Sequence record: SRR31156797_3989
Strand: one strand, 5' to 3'
DNA: 38,011 nucleotides
Below are positions 1 to 9,618 of the stretch, piece by piece. The translations under genes and the position numbers were made by a program. Under the pieces are notes generated by a model that worked only from the letters and a program-made list of their open reading frames with translations, was not told the origin of the DNA and did no database searches. Every line of letters begins with the position of its first letter. Position 1 is the first letter of the stretch.

Positions 1-27
1 AGTCCTAGGCCACTAGACGATGGGGCC
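1..27 (-). tRNA. tRNA-Glu, 5' portion only (truncated by window edge)
   Basis: Reverse complement reads GGCCCCATCGTCTAGTGGCCTAGGACT, an acceptor 5' strand plus D-arm typical of bacterial tRNA-Glu. The anticodon lies outside the window. Confidence 0.85.
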
Positions 28-50
28 GTCGTGGTCTGATGTGTGCGGCA

Positions 51-79
51 TCTTTATAGAATAATCAGGCTTTTGTCAA
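51..79 (-). promoter_or_regulatory. Putative sigma70 promoter of the tRNA gene
   Basis: Minus strand has a perfect TTGACA (79..74) followed 15-17 nt later by TATAAAGA, about 25 nt upstream of the tRNA 5' end. Confidence 0.55.
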
Positions 80-105
80 GCTGATTTAAAGCAAAAATAA
101 CTATA

Positions 106-672
106 TTATTCGCAAAGTTGTTTGCCTAGCTCAAATGCTTGCGTAAGCTTTTCTTCTTGTTCCTTGATGGCTCCTTCCTTATCTGCGCTTTTGGCTAAAA
201 CGCCGCCGCTGTAGGTGAAATCCATGGCATCATAAGCGTAGCGGATAGTGAGTTGGACACCGTCGAATAGTTTATAACCGCCGGTCGCACCCACACTTAC
301 AAAATAGCCCTTTTTGTCGGCACGGTCGCTGCTTGTTTGGCCAAGAAGATATTTGCGGCTGTAAAAGACCTGGCAACGGTCTACAAAAGCCTTTGTCTGG
401 GCGGTAATGGAGTAAAAATATATGGGAGAACCTATGACTATTCGCTGAGCCATCGCAATTTTCAGGTAAAGTTCCTGCATGTCATCGTTGAAGATGCATT
501 CTCCTGTCGTTTCGCAATGGCCGCACCCTGTACATGGATGAATGTTGAGATCCGGTAGGCTTGTCCTTTCAGCACTGTGACCACTCTGGCTAATGCCTTG
601 GAGAACTGCATCAAGAAGAATATTGGTATTGCCGTTTTTCCTGGGACTGCCGTTTAACAGGAGAATGTTCAT
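106..672 (-). CDS. Iron-sulfur flavoprotein / NADPH-dependent FMN reductase (flavodoxin family)
   Basis: N-terminal GSPRKNGNT FMN-binding loop, CxxCxxCxxxxxC motif (CTGCGHCETTGEC) and GSPIYF. Start moved to ATG 672 (MNILLL), which forms an ATGA overlap with the malQ stop and has GGCGGA upstream. Confidence 0.9.
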   Translation of the reverse strand: MNILLLNGSPRKNGNTNILLDAVLQGISQSGHSAERTSLPDLNIHPCTGCGHCETTGECIFNDDMQELYLKIAMAQRIVIGSPIYFYSITAQTKAFVDRCQVFYSRKYLLGQTSSDRADKKGYFVSVGATGGYKLFDGVQLTIRYAYDAMDFTYSGGVLAKSADKEGAIKEQEEKLTQAFELGKQLCE

Positions 673-2234
673 ATCTGTTCCGCCTTTTGTTTTGTGGTAT
701 GCATCCTTTTGAAGGTAATGGTTTGTTCTTTTAGCCATGTTGCAAGTTCAGGGGTGATAAACCTTTGAGCGCAGCGCCACTGCCAATTGCCTTCAATGGT
801 TCCGGGGGTGTTGACCCGGCAGTCGTTGCCAAATCCTAAAAGGTCCTGCATCGGTACTATCGCAGTATTGGCGACAGAGGAGAAGGCCATGTAGAGCAGG
901 TCTTTGTGGAACACCCCTGCCTGCATATCGTGCTGGTTGGCATAGCGCTTGGCTCGTTCTTTGTCCTCAGCAGGGACGGTCGGGTTAAGGTACCACCCGA
1001 CTGCGGTGTCATTATCGTGAGTACCTGTATATACTACGGTGTTGTGGTCGTAGTTATGAGGCAGATAACTGTTGCCTGCGTCACCATCAAAAGCAAACAT
1101 GAGTATTCGCATGCCAGGGAAGTCGAGTTCTGTTCTAAGTTTATCCACAGCAGGCGTTATGATGCCAAGGTCTTCGGCAATAATTGGTAGTTTGCCTATT
1201 TTCTTTTTCATTTCTTTGAAAAAAGGAAGGCCTGGACCCTTGACCCATGTACCGTTTATCGCTGTTTCTTCGTCTGCAGGGATTGACCAGTAGGATTCAA
1301 AACCTCGGAAATGGTCAATTCGGATAACATCAGCCAGCGCAAAGTTGTGTCGAAACCTGGCTGCCCACCAATCCCATAATGCAGTTTTGGTTTTTTTGTT
1401 AGTTGTTTTCCAGCGGTATAAAGGGTTGCCCCAATGCTGTCCTGTTTCGCTGAAATAATCAGGCGGAACTCCTGCGACACTTGTCGGTTGAGAGGTCCGA
1501 GGGTCGAGCTGGAAGATGTTTTGGTTAGCCCATGCATCGGCACTGTCGGCGGCCACATAGATAGGCAGGTCACCAATGATATGAACATCGCGTTGATGGG
1601 CATATTTGCGCAACTGCTCCCACTGACGGGAAAAAAGAAATTGCTCAAAGGTGTGGTAGGAAATGTCAGGTGCACATTCCTGGGCTATTTCATTCAGGGT
1701 CTCAGGGGCACGTTTCTTTACAGGTTTCGGCCAGTTGAACCAGGGAGCATTGGCGTATCGTTTTTTTAATACCTGGAACATACTGTAATCTTTTATCCAG
1801 GGATGAAGCTCAGAAAAATCATCAAGGGTATCTTGCTGGTTGTTGGCGATAAATCGTTGCCAAGCTTTGCGTAGTAAAGATTGTTTGAGTAGTATAGCCT
1901 GGGGGTAGTCGACAATGTACTCCGAAGTGTCTATAGTTTTTCTGTCTTGATTCTCCAATAGTCCGTCATTATGCAGCGCATCAATGCTTATGTAGAGCGG
2001 ATTGCCTGCAAAAGCGGAAGGGCTCATGTATGGCGAGTTGGCAAAGGCCGGATCCGTAGGGCCTGAGGGAAGTATCTGCCAGTATTGCTGACCGGCCTGA
2101 TGAAGGAAATCAATAAAACGTAGTGCTGGTTTCCCTATGTCGCCTATTGCGTGGGGGCCAGGCAGGGAGAAAATCGGCAGTAGAATGCCGCTTGAACGTT
2201 GTGATAAGATATCGATGGGGTTTGAATCAGCCAT
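669..2234 (-). CDS. malQ: 4-alpha-glucanotransferase (amylomaltase, GH77)
   Basis: RSSGILLP..SLPG, WQILP, SPY..SAFAGNP, GVPPDYFSETGQHWGNPLY, RIDHFRG, IIAEDLG and YTGTHDN are GH77 motifs. Confidence 0.97.
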   Translation of the reverse strand: MADSNPIDILSQRSSGILLPIFSLPGPHAIGDIGKPALRFIDFLHQAGQQYWQILPSGPTDPAFANSPYMSPSAFAGNPLYISIDALHNDGLLENQDRKTIDTSEYIVDYPQAILLKQSLLRKAWQRFIANNQQDTLDDFSELHPWIKDYSMFQVLKKRYANAPWFNWPKPVKKRAPETLNEIAQECAPDISYHTFEQFLFSRQWEQLRKYAHQRDVHIIGDLPIYVAADSADAWANQNIFQLDPRTSQPTSVAGVPPDYFSETGQHWGNPLYRWKTTNKKTKTALWDWWAARFRHNFALADVIRIDHFRGFESYWSIPADEETAINGTWVKGPGLPFFKEMKKKIGKLPIIAEDLGIITPAVDKLRTELDFPGMRILMFAFDGDAGNSYLPHNYDHNTVVYTGTHDNDTAVGWYLNPTVPAEDKERAKRYANQHDMQAGVFHKDLLYMAFSSVANTAIVPMQDLLGFGNDCRVNTPGTIEGNWQWRCAQRFITPELATWLKEQTITFKRMHTTKQKAEQI

Positions 2235-2342
2235 GTGCTTTTTCCTATGAAAGGCTATCGAGAATGAGAGCGTTTTATTCCTGTGTGTTCTGTTTTTTGA
2301 ATATATAAAAGTCGAAAAAATGCGGATCTGTGAACTCTGGGC

Positions 2343-2371
2343 TTGAAATTTAAACGGTAACGCATTAGATT
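2343..2371 (+). promoter_or_regulatory. Putative sigma70-type promoter upstream of the sigma factor gene
   Basis: TTGAAA-N17-TAGATT about 65 nt upstream of the GTG start, with a G-rich RBS before the start. Confidence 0.5.
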
Positions 2372-2437
2372 GTCGTCTTCTTTGTGCTTTGTTTAAGCTA
2401 ATTTATCTATATATATCCGTTAGGGGGGAGAAGGCAG

Positions 2438-3757
2438 GTGCTCGCAGGTATCAAAAATGACCTTCTTGAAGCTGGTAAGGTTGAGGGCTGTATTACTTTT
2501 CAGCTTCTCAATAAATTACTTCCAGAAAATATAAAAGACCCGGATGCAATTGAAGAATTATTCGATTTTCTAGGGGAAAACAATATAGAAATTGTTACCC
2601 AAGAAGAATCCGGGAAAAGAAAAACCCTTTCCGGTGAAGAATGGACCGGAAAAAAAAATGCTGATGACGAATCCTCTTCTGATTCTTTGCCAGACAGCGA
2701 AGAGCATGAATCTGAGGAAACGACTACAACTTACCTCCGGGAGATGGGACAGTTTGATTTACTGACCCCGGAAGAAGAGGCAAAATATTCCAAAACCATT
2801 CGCGAAGGGTTTGACGCTATTATTGCTGCCATTCGTGCCGATGAGACTGGCATTAAGGAAATTGAGATGCTGGTTGAGCGCATCGATCTCTGGCAACGAC
2901 GTGATCCCACTTTAAAGCCTAAAAAACAACAGCTTAATTATATGCGGCACTGTGTAAACATGGCTAGCCGTAATAATCAGGATGTGCGCGACCTGTTTGC
3001 CCTTAATACAAAACTTGAGGCATACAACCGGTCCATCGAAGTAGCCAAGGATTGTATGATTCGTGCAAACCTGAGGCTTGTTGTTTCCATTGCCAAGCGA
3101 TATATGCACCAGGGGCTTACTCTGGCTGATCTTATCCAGGAAGGAAACCTAGGCTTGATGCGGGCGGTTTTTCGCTTTGACTACAAGAAAGGGAATAAGT
3201 TCTCTACGTATGCCTCTTGGTGGATTCGGCAAGCGATCACCCGGGCTATTTTGGATAAGACCCGAACTATTCGTCTTCCTGTTCACTTTCTTGAGCTGCG
3301 AAGTCAGTTTTTCAAGGCTTTTTACTCTCTTTTAAAAGAGTTGGGACGAGAGCCTACTCCCGTTGAAATTTCGAAGATGACTGATTTGCCAATGGATAAA
3401 ATCCTGGCAATTCTTGAGGCATCAAGAGAACCGATTTCTTTGGAGACACCTGTTGGTGACGATGATTCCACCCTTGGTGATTTTCTTGAAAACCAGGAGT
3501 CAGAATCACCTTATGATGCCGTTCAAAACAGAGAACTTGCGCATCGTGTTACTGAGGTGTTGTCAACACTCACCGAGCGGGAGGAGAAGATAATTAGGCT
3601 TCGTTTTGGAATAGGTGAAAAAGCAGAATATACCCTTGAAGAGATTGGAAAACGATTCAATGTCTCCAGGGAAAGGATTCGTCAGATTGAGAAAAAAGCG
3701 CTGAACAGGCTTCGACATTCCAGCCGGAGGGAAAAGTTACGCTATTTCCTTGATTAA
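2438..3757 (+). CDS. RNA polymerase sigma-70 factor, RpoD/RpoS-like paralogue
   Basis: Region 1.1-like N-terminus, region 1.2 ([16 protein letters not shown]), region 2 ([40 protein letters not shown]), region 3 ([14 protein letters not shown]) and region 4 ([20 protein letters not shown]). Confidence 0.93.
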   Translation: MLAGIKNDLLEAGKVEGCITFQLLNKLLPENIKDPDAIEELFDFLGENNIEIVTQEESGKRKTLSGEEWTGKKNADDESSSDSLPDSEEHESEETTTTYLREMGQFDLLTPEEEAKYSKTIREGFDAIIAAIRADETGIKEIEMLVERIDLWQRRDPTLKPKKQQLNYMRHCVNMASRNNQDVRDLFALNTKLEAYNRSIEVAKDCMIRANLRLVVSIAKRYMHQGLTLADLIQEGNLGLMRAVFRFDYKKGNKFSTYASWWIRQAITRAILDKTRTIRLPVHFLELRSQFFKAFYSLLKELGREPTPVEISKMTDLPMDKILAILEASREPISLETPVGDDDSTLGDFLENQESESPYDAVQNRELAHRVTEVLSTLTEREEKIIRLRFGIGEKAEYTLEEIGKRFNVSRERIRQIEKKALNRLRHSSRREKLRYFLD

Positions 3758-3782
3758 GCGAAAAAATATTTGTTTTATATTG

Positions 3783-3813
3783 AGCCCCTTGCTGTCAAGG
3801 GGCTTATTTTTTT
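3783..3813 (+). terminator. Intrinsic terminator after the sigma factor gene
   Basis: AGCCCCTTG-ctgt-CAAGGGGCT stem-loop followed by TATTTTTTT. Confidence 0.8.
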
Positions 3814-3852
3814 GTGAAAAATTTGGAGATGGTTTGCCATCGGGAAAAGCAA

Positions 3853-4947
3853 ATGGACAACTATATTGAACAAGCGGGATTTGGGAGAATTTTAGAGAAA
3901 GTCCGTAACCAGGAACGTTTAAGCCTGGAGGACGGGCAGCAGCTTTTTAAGAGCTCGGATATTCTTGCTCTTGGGTACCTCGCAAATATTGTTCGAGAAA
4001 GAGTCAACGGAAACGACGCTTTTTTCATCTATAATCAGCATATTAATTACTCAAACATTTGTACTAATCTCTGTAAGTTCTGCGCCTTTGGTAGAGAGAA
4101 AGGCCACGAATTAGCCTATGAGATGACTGTTGCAGATGTGAAGGAAAAGGTCAGGGAACGTCTGGACGAACCTATTACCGAAATTCACATGGTAGGTGGT
4201 ATTCACCCTGAACTTCCTTTTTCCTACTACGTGGATATTCTTCAGGCCATCAAAGAAGTTCGTCCTGAAGTCCATATTCAGGCCTTTACCTGTGTTGAAA
4301 TTCATCATTTGGCAACCCTTGCTGGAAAATCAATAGGCGAGACTCTGGAGATTTTAAAAGAAGCCGGACTCGGTTCCCTGCCCGGCGGTGGCGCTGAGGT
4401 TTTCAGCCCTCGAATTCGTGACCTTACCTGTGAGCGTAAATTGCCCGGAGATCAATGGTTGGAGGTTAGCCGTACTGCTCATCAACACGGTCTGCGGACT
4501 AACGCAACTCTGCTCTATGGCCATGTCGAAACCATTGATGAGCGCCTTGAACATCTTGATGCCTTGCGCAAGCTCCAGGATGAAACCGGCGGCTTTCTCG
4601 CTTTTATCCCCCTTGCTTTTCACCCCAAGAATACAGCAATGTCTGAGCTTAGTAATACCACAGGGATGAATGACCTGAAAAATATTGCTGTTAGCCGCTT
4701 GATGCTTGATAACTTTCCTCATATCAAGGCCTACTGGGTTATGATCGGTCCTAAAATGGCCCAGGTTGCCCTATCTTTTGGTGCCGATGATATGGACGGT
4801 ACGGTTAAAGAAGAGGTGATTACCCATATGGCGGGAGCAGAAACCGCCCAAGCTCTTGGTCACAAGACTCTGATTCGACTTATCCAGGAAGCAGGTCGTA
4901 CTCCTATTGAGCGGGATACGTTGTATAAAGTATTAGCAACGTTTTAA
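3853..4947 (+). CDS. mqnE: Aminofutalosine synthase (radical SAM)
   Basis: CxxxCxxC (CTNLCKFC), NQHINYSN, LPGGGAE, FIPLAFHP, HIKAYWVM and FGADDMDGTV..E match MqnE. Cluster context agrees. Likely start is ATG 3853. Confidence 0.9.
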   Translation: MDNYIEQAGFGRILEKVRNQERLSLEDGQQLFKSSDILALGYLANIVRERVNGNDAFFIYNQHINYSNICTNLCKFCAFGREKGHELAYEMTVADVKEKVRERLDEPITEIHMVGGIHPELPFSYYVDILQAIKEVRPEVHIQAFTCVEIHHLATLAGKSIGETLEILKEAGLGSLPGGGAEVFSPRIRDLTCERKLPGDQWLEVSRTAHQHGLRTNATLLYGHVETIDERLEHLDALRKLQDETGGFLAFIPLAFHPKNTAMSELSNTTGMNDLKNIAVSRLMLDNFPHIKAYWVMIGPKMAQVALSFGADDMDGTVKEEVITHMAGAETAQALGHKTLIRLIQEAGRTPIERDTLYKVLATF

Positions 4948-4961
4948 GTGGGGGGTGCGAT

Positions 4962-6023
4962 ATGTTGAAAAAAATTGTTACAAAAGTAGAGCAAGGCGAC
5001 CGAATTAGTGATGATGAATATCGGTTTCTTGAACAAAAAGCTGACCTCCACCAACTCGGTTTTTTGGCTGACAGTATCAGGAAAAGGCTGCACCCGGAAC
5101 CTGTAGTCACCTACGTAATTGATCGAAACATTAATTATACCGATATTTGTATTTCTGCCTGCAAATTCTGCGCTTTTTTCAAGGCACCTGAAGAAGAGGG
5201 TGGTCAGCTGCTCTCTTTTGATGAACTCATTGCCAAAATTACGGAAACGCAGGCCCTTGGGGGTACCCAAATTTTGCTCCAAGGAGGATTGCACCCCGAC
5301 AAACCGCTTGAGTATTATGAAGACATGCTGCGAACTATGAAGCAGACTGGTATTCATATCCATGGTTTTTCGCCTCCTGAAATATATCATTTTTCCCTGC
5401 TTTCCGACCTTACCATTGAGCTGGTTCTCAAGCGACTAATGGCAGCAGGACTTGATTCCATCCCTGGTGGTGGTGCGGAAATATTAACAAATAGGGTGCG
5501 CGAGGAACTTGCCCCTAAAAAGTGCAACGCTGATCAATGGATGCAGGTGATGGAGGTGGCTCATAACCTTGGACTGCGTACCACTGCAACCATGATGTTT
5601 GGTCATATAGAAACTGCTGAGGAGCGTCTGGAGCACCTGCGACGGCTTCGTACTTTACAGGATACAACCGGCGGATTTACCGCTTTTATTCCCTGGTCTT
5701 TTCAACCAGACAATACTGCGCTTGCCGCAGCTAGGGAAATTGAGAAGGTCTCGTCCTTCACTTATCTGCGAATGCTTGCCTTGAGCCGCATCTACCTCGA
5801 TAATTTTGACAATGTGCAGGCCTCGTGGGTTACTCAAGGCCCGAAAATTGCCCAGCTGTCCCTCTTTTTCGGTGCCAACGACTTTGGCTCGACGATGATA
5901 GAGGAAAACGTGGTTGCAGCTGCAGGAGTAAAGTTCAGGTTGTCGGAGAAAGAGATCAGGTATTTGGTTACTGATGCCGGATTTACTCCGCAACAGCGTC
6001 TAATGGATTATACCGTTGTTTGA
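4962..6023 (+). CDS. mqnC: Cyclic dehypoxanthine futalosine synthase (radical SAM)
   Basis: VTYVIDRNINYT, CISACKFC, ILLQGGLHP, FSPPEI, FIPWSFQP, QASWVTQG and GANDFGSTMIEENVV are MqnC hallmarks. Confidence 0.94.
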   Translation: MLKKIVTKVEQGDRISDDEYRFLEQKADLHQLGFLADSIRKRLHPEPVVTYVIDRNINYTDICISACKFCAFFKAPEEEGGQLLSFDELIAKITETQALGGTQILLQGGLHPDKPLEYYEDMLRTMKQTGIHIHGFSPPEIYHFSLLSDLTIELVLKRLMAAGLDSIPGGGAEILTNRVREELAPKKCNADQWMQVMEVAHNLGLRTTATMMFGHIETAEERLEHLRRLRTLQDTTGGFTAFIPWSFQPDNTALAAAREIEKVSSFTYLRMLALSRIYLDNFDNVQASWVTQGPKIAQLSLFFGANDFGSTMIEENVVAAAGVKFRLSEKEIRYLVTDAGFTPQQRLMDYTVV

Positions 6024-6029
6024 TATTTC

Positions 6030-7265
6030 GTGAACGACTTGGTCCACATTCATTCAGCTCCTTGGGTGGTGCCGGTTGACCAACCACCCATTGCCGGTGG
6101 CGGTGTAGCTTTGCTGCAAAACCGGATTATTGCGGTTGATACCTTGGTAAAGCTGGCAACGGCCTACCCCGATGCTATTCATGTCGAACACCCCCAAACA
6201 GCACTGACTCCACCGTTGGTAAACGCACATATTCACCTTGAGTTGTCCCATCTCGGGCAACTCAGCCAAGGTGGCGCACCTGATCAGTTCACCCGTTGGA
6301 TATTGGCTCTTCTCGCCTTAAGGGAAAAGTTGGGTGCAACCGGTCCTCACGTTACAGATGCTGCCCGAAAGGTTGCTGAGCAGCAGTATGCTGACGGTGT
6401 CAGTGTTATTGGTGATATAGGCAATACCTCTGTCGGGCAGGAACTGTCGCCATACTTTGCTGGAGACCTGCTTGCTTATAAGGAATATTTAGGCTTTAGC
6501 AATGACAGACTTGATGATAACTTAGCAAGGCTTAGGGCAGAACTTCCTACCACTCTTTGTTCTGGCCACGCGATATACTCCACCCATAAAGTCTTGTTGC
6601 AGAAGCTAAAGAGCAGAGCTAATCGTAACAAGGCCATACTGCCTATTCATGTTGCAGAAACAAAGGCAGAAATAGAGATGATGTGTCAGGGTAGTGGAGA
6701 AATAGTCGATTTCCTTGAGCAACGTGGTTTCTGGGAGAAAGATTTTTTAAAAGAAATCAAACGATGCAAAGGCGGGACCATCACCTACCTCTACCAAATA
6801 GGTTTGCTTGATGACCATACCCTTTGCGTGCATGCCGTGCATGCAAGTGACGATGAAGTAGAATTGCTTACAAAGACCGGGGCAAAGGTGTGCCTTTGCC
6901 CCGGGAGCAACAAGTTTCTCAAGGTAGGCAAGGCACCTGTAAAGCGTTACCTCGATGCAGGTATATTACCTGCGTTAGGCACTGACAGTCTTGCAAGCAA
7001 CCCTGAAGTCTCTATCTGGCGTGAAATGCAGTTGCTGTGTCAGGATTACCCTGAACTGAGCAGCGCTGCTATTTTTTCCATGGCCACAAGGGGCGGCGCT
7101 GAGGCACTTGCAATTGCGGGGCAGACAGGTACTTTGACTGCAGGGACAATTGCGGATGTTCTTGCAGTACCTTTGGGTGAGGAAATGGTCAGATCAGCAG
7201 ATGTCCTTCACTATCTGGTGAGCATCGGTAGTGGGGTTAAACCTGGACGAATAAATATACAGTGA
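6030..7265 (+). CDS. Metal-dependent amidohydrolase, probable aminodeoxyfutalosine deaminase
   Basis: NAHIHLELS, IHVAE, CVH and GTDSLASN amidohydrolase motifs. It sits between mqnC and mqnA with gaps of 6-7 nt. Confidence 0.78.
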   Translation: MNDLVHIHSAPWVVPVDQPPIAGGGVALLQNRIIAVDTLVKLATAYPDAIHVEHPQTALTPPLVNAHIHLELSHLGQLSQGGAPDQFTRWILALLALREKLGATGPHVTDAARKVAEQQYADGVSVIGDIGNTSVGQELSPYFAGDLLAYKEYLGFSNDRLDDNLARLRAELPTTLCSGHAIYSTHKVLLQKLKSRANRNKAILPIHVAETKAEIEMMCQGSGEIVDFLEQRGFWEKDFLKEIKRCKGGTITYLYQIGLLDDHTLCVHAVHASDDEVELLTKTGAKVCLCPGSNKFLKVGKAPVKRYLDAGILPALGTDSLASNPEVSIWREMQLLCQDYPELSSAAIFSMATRGGAEALAIAGQTGTLTAGTIADVLAVPLGEEMVRSADVLHYLVSIGSGVKPGRINIQ

Positions 7266-7272
7266 GTTTATA

Positions 7273-8097
7273 ATGGCCCTTATTGGCATGGTCAATTACA
7301 TCAATACAGCTCCTATCTACGAAATGTGGAAGGAGACCCCCTGTCCTGAGTCGTGGCAGATTGTTGAAGGCCAGCCCAGTGAACTTAATCTCTTACTGGA
7401 AGCAGGCCAGATAGATATGGGGTTTGTCTCGTCCTTTGAATATGCTGCACGTCCGGAAAATTATCAGATATTGGCTGATCTTTCCATCAGTGCCACCGGC
7501 CCAGTTGGCAGCGTATACCTTTTTTCCATGGTGCCTCCAGAGCAGCTGGATAGAAAGAAAATCGTTCTGACTGGCCAGTCTGGAACTTCTGTTCGTCTAG
7601 CCAAGATCGTTCTTGAAGAATTTTACGATGTGAATCCTGTCTATTCAACTGGTAACGCAATTACTGCCGACAACAGTACAGAAGAGGTAGCGGCTGTACT
7701 TGCCATTGGCGATGATGCCTTGCGTTTACGATTCGAAAACCGGTACCCTGTGCAGCTCGATCTATCTGATGAATGGTTTGGGAAGACAGGCCTCCCTTTT
7801 GTTTTTTCTGTCTGTGCCGTTCGACAGGAGTTTTTAGACCTGCAGCCAGAAGTCGCTCGGGCAATAAGGGAAACTTTTGTTGACTGCCGGGTGCGTGGGG
7901 TAGAGAAAATGGCTGAAATCTGTGATAGGGTTGCCAGGCGTATTCCCATGGATTGTGAAATGTGCTCAAGTTATCTCAATGGGATCCAGCATGATCTCTC
8001 CAGGCCCAAGAGGGAGGGGCTGGAGTTGTTTTTTACCTATCTGATTAAGAGAAATGAGGCTTCGCCGGCTGCGCTGCCTCTCAAGCTGTTTCGTTAG
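7273..8097 (+). CDS. mqnA: Chorismate dehydratase
   Basis: IGMVNYINTAPIY, PSELN, SSFEY, GPVGSV, TSVRL, IGDDAL and TGLPFVF match MqnA. Confidence 0.9.
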   Translation: MALIGMVNYINTAPIYEMWKETPCPESWQIVEGQPSELNLLLEAGQIDMGFVSSFEYAARPENYQILADLSISATGPVGSVYLFSMVPPEQLDRKKIVLTGQSGTSVRLAKIVLEEFYDVNPVYSTGNAITADNSTEEVAAVLAIGDDALRLRFENRYPVQLDLSDEWFGKTGLPFVFSVCAVRQEFLDLQPEVARAIRETFVDCRVRGVEKMAEICDRVARRIPMDCEMCSSYLNGIQHDLSRPKREGLELFFTYLIKRNEASPAALPLKLFR

Positions 8098-8327
8098 TTA
8101 TTCCCCGGCCATAAATAGTATTATTTAGGCGGGATAGTGGCGTTTTTCACAATTTTATCCTCGTAAATAAGTGAACGAAGTCAGACTTCGATATTCAATA
8201 TTTGCCTGCGGTAAAATTTTGCATATGCCTCGGAATCTGGCGCTTAGCTACTCTTTAAATCAAAATTGTTTTTTCTGTACAGGCGCTATTTTTTTACGCT
8301 GTTACTACCGTTTGAGTTGATAAGTTT

Positions 8328-9047
8328 ATGCAGAATATAGAAGCCCCTGAGGCGAAGAAAAAATTTGTAAGGGAAAAATTTTCCTCCATCAGCAAAAAAT
8401 ATGACCTGCTGAATTCTTTGCTGTCTTTTCAAATCGACAGATATTGGCGATGGAAGACCACTCGACTGCTGCGTGAGTTTCCCGATGGTGCAGTTCTGGA
8501 TCTCTGTGCCGGCACCTTACCGCTGTCATTGGAACTAGCTCGCCAGGCACCTGCCAGGCAGGTGGTGTCCATTGATTTCTGTGAGGATATGCTCAGTGCA
8601 GGAAAAAAGGCACTGCCGCGAGATGAACGTAAAGACCGCATAACGCCGGTCTGTGGCGATGGTGAAGAGATACCTGCGGCAACAGAAACCTTCTGGGGTT
8701 GTACCGTTGCTTTTGGGGTGAGAAACCTTGCCCAGACCTTGAAGGGGTTAAAGGAAATGCACAGGGTTCTTAAGCCTTCGGGGAAACTTCTTATCCTTGA
8801 ATTTTCCCGGCCAACCAATCCCATTGTAAAACCTGTCTATTCCTTTTATCTCAACAAGGTTTTGCCTGGTGTGGCTGGCCTGGTTTCAGGTGATAAGGAG
8901 GCATATGAGTATCTTGCATCATCCATTGCTGCTTTTTACGAGCCAGAGGAACTTTTATCCATGATGCGAGAAGCTGGCTTTACCGAAGTAAAACGTAAAC
9001 CGCTTACTTTTGGTATTGTATCAATATATATTGGGATAAAAAGCTGA
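8328..9047 (+). CDS. ubiE: Demethylmenaquinone methyltransferase (UbiE/MenG family)
   Basis: F..I.KKYDLLN.LLS...D..WR, VLDLCAGT SAM motif, AFGVRN, EMHRVLKP.G.L.ILEFS.P and AYEYL..SI..F. Confidence 0.92.
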   Translation: MQNIEAPEAKKKFVREKFSSISKKYDLLNSLLSFQIDRYWRWKTTRLLREFPDGAVLDLCAGTLPLSLELARQAPARQVVSIDFCEDMLSAGKKALPRDERKDRITPVCGDGEEIPAATETFWGCTVAFGVRNLAQTLKGLKEMHRVLKPSGKLLILEFSRPTNPIVKPVYSFYLNKVLPGVAGLVSGDKEAYEYLASSIAAFYEPEELLSMMREAGFTEVKRKPLTFGIVSIYIGIKS

Positions 9048-9048
9048 T

Positions 9049-9618
9049 ATGGCCGCACAACGTGTATTAGTTTGCGTTACCGGCGCCACAGGAATGCTAT
9101 ATGTCCCGACCCTTCTCGAACAGCTCCACAGCCAGAAGGTTGAGGTACATGGGGTTATATCTGCTGCTGGAGAACAGGTGCTGCGCTACGAACTAGGTAT
9201 TGACCAGGTTGACCTGCCCTTTGTGAAAAAATGGTTTTCAGTTGATAATTTTGCAGCGGCTCCAGCTTCTGGGTCCGCCCGCTATGATGCCATGGTGATT
9301 CTTCCCTGTACTGTGGGTACCCTCGCTGCCATTGCGGGAGGCTATTCTGGTAATCTAATTCACCGTGCTGCTGATGTAACCCTTAAAGAAAGGCGCCCAC
9401 TTATTCTAGCTGTCAGAGAAACACCGCTTAACCGAAATCACCTGAAAAATATGCTCACTGTCCACGATGCCGGTGCGACTCTCTGTCCTCCCATTCCTGC
9501 TTTCTATAATAAGCCTCGTGATTTTGATGCAATGGCTAAAAATTACACCGGGCGGATATGTGATCTGCTTGGTCTTACTGATAATGCTGGTGACAGGTGG
9601 CAAGGAGAAGACAGATGA
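9049..9618 (+). CDS. ubiX: Flavin prenyltransferase
   Basis: VTGATG, ASGS, PCTVGTL, RAADVTLKERRPLIL.VRETP and PAFY. Confidence 0.94.
   Translation: MAAQRVLVCVTGATGMLYVPTLLEQLHSQKVEVHGVISAAGEQVLRYELGIDQVDLPFVKKWFSVDNFAAAPASGSARYDAMVILPCTVGTLAAIAGGYSGNLIHRAADVTLKERRPLILAVRETPLNRNHLKNMLTVHDAGATLCPPIPAFYNKPRDFDAMAKNYTGRICDLLGLTDNAGDRWQGEDR

Noticed and set aside
337-2308. Numerous short antisense or alternate-frame ORFs here and throughout the track (e.g. 4944..5390, 21719..22117, 24929..25462)
   Set aside because: Nested in well-supported genes and lacking motifs; treated as six-frame noise.
3814-3852. Longer N-terminal extensions in the ORF track (also 738, 18759, 18846, 25941, 27712, 37005, 37027)
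   Set aside because: Downstream ATGs fit RBS position, gene overlaps and family N-termini better.
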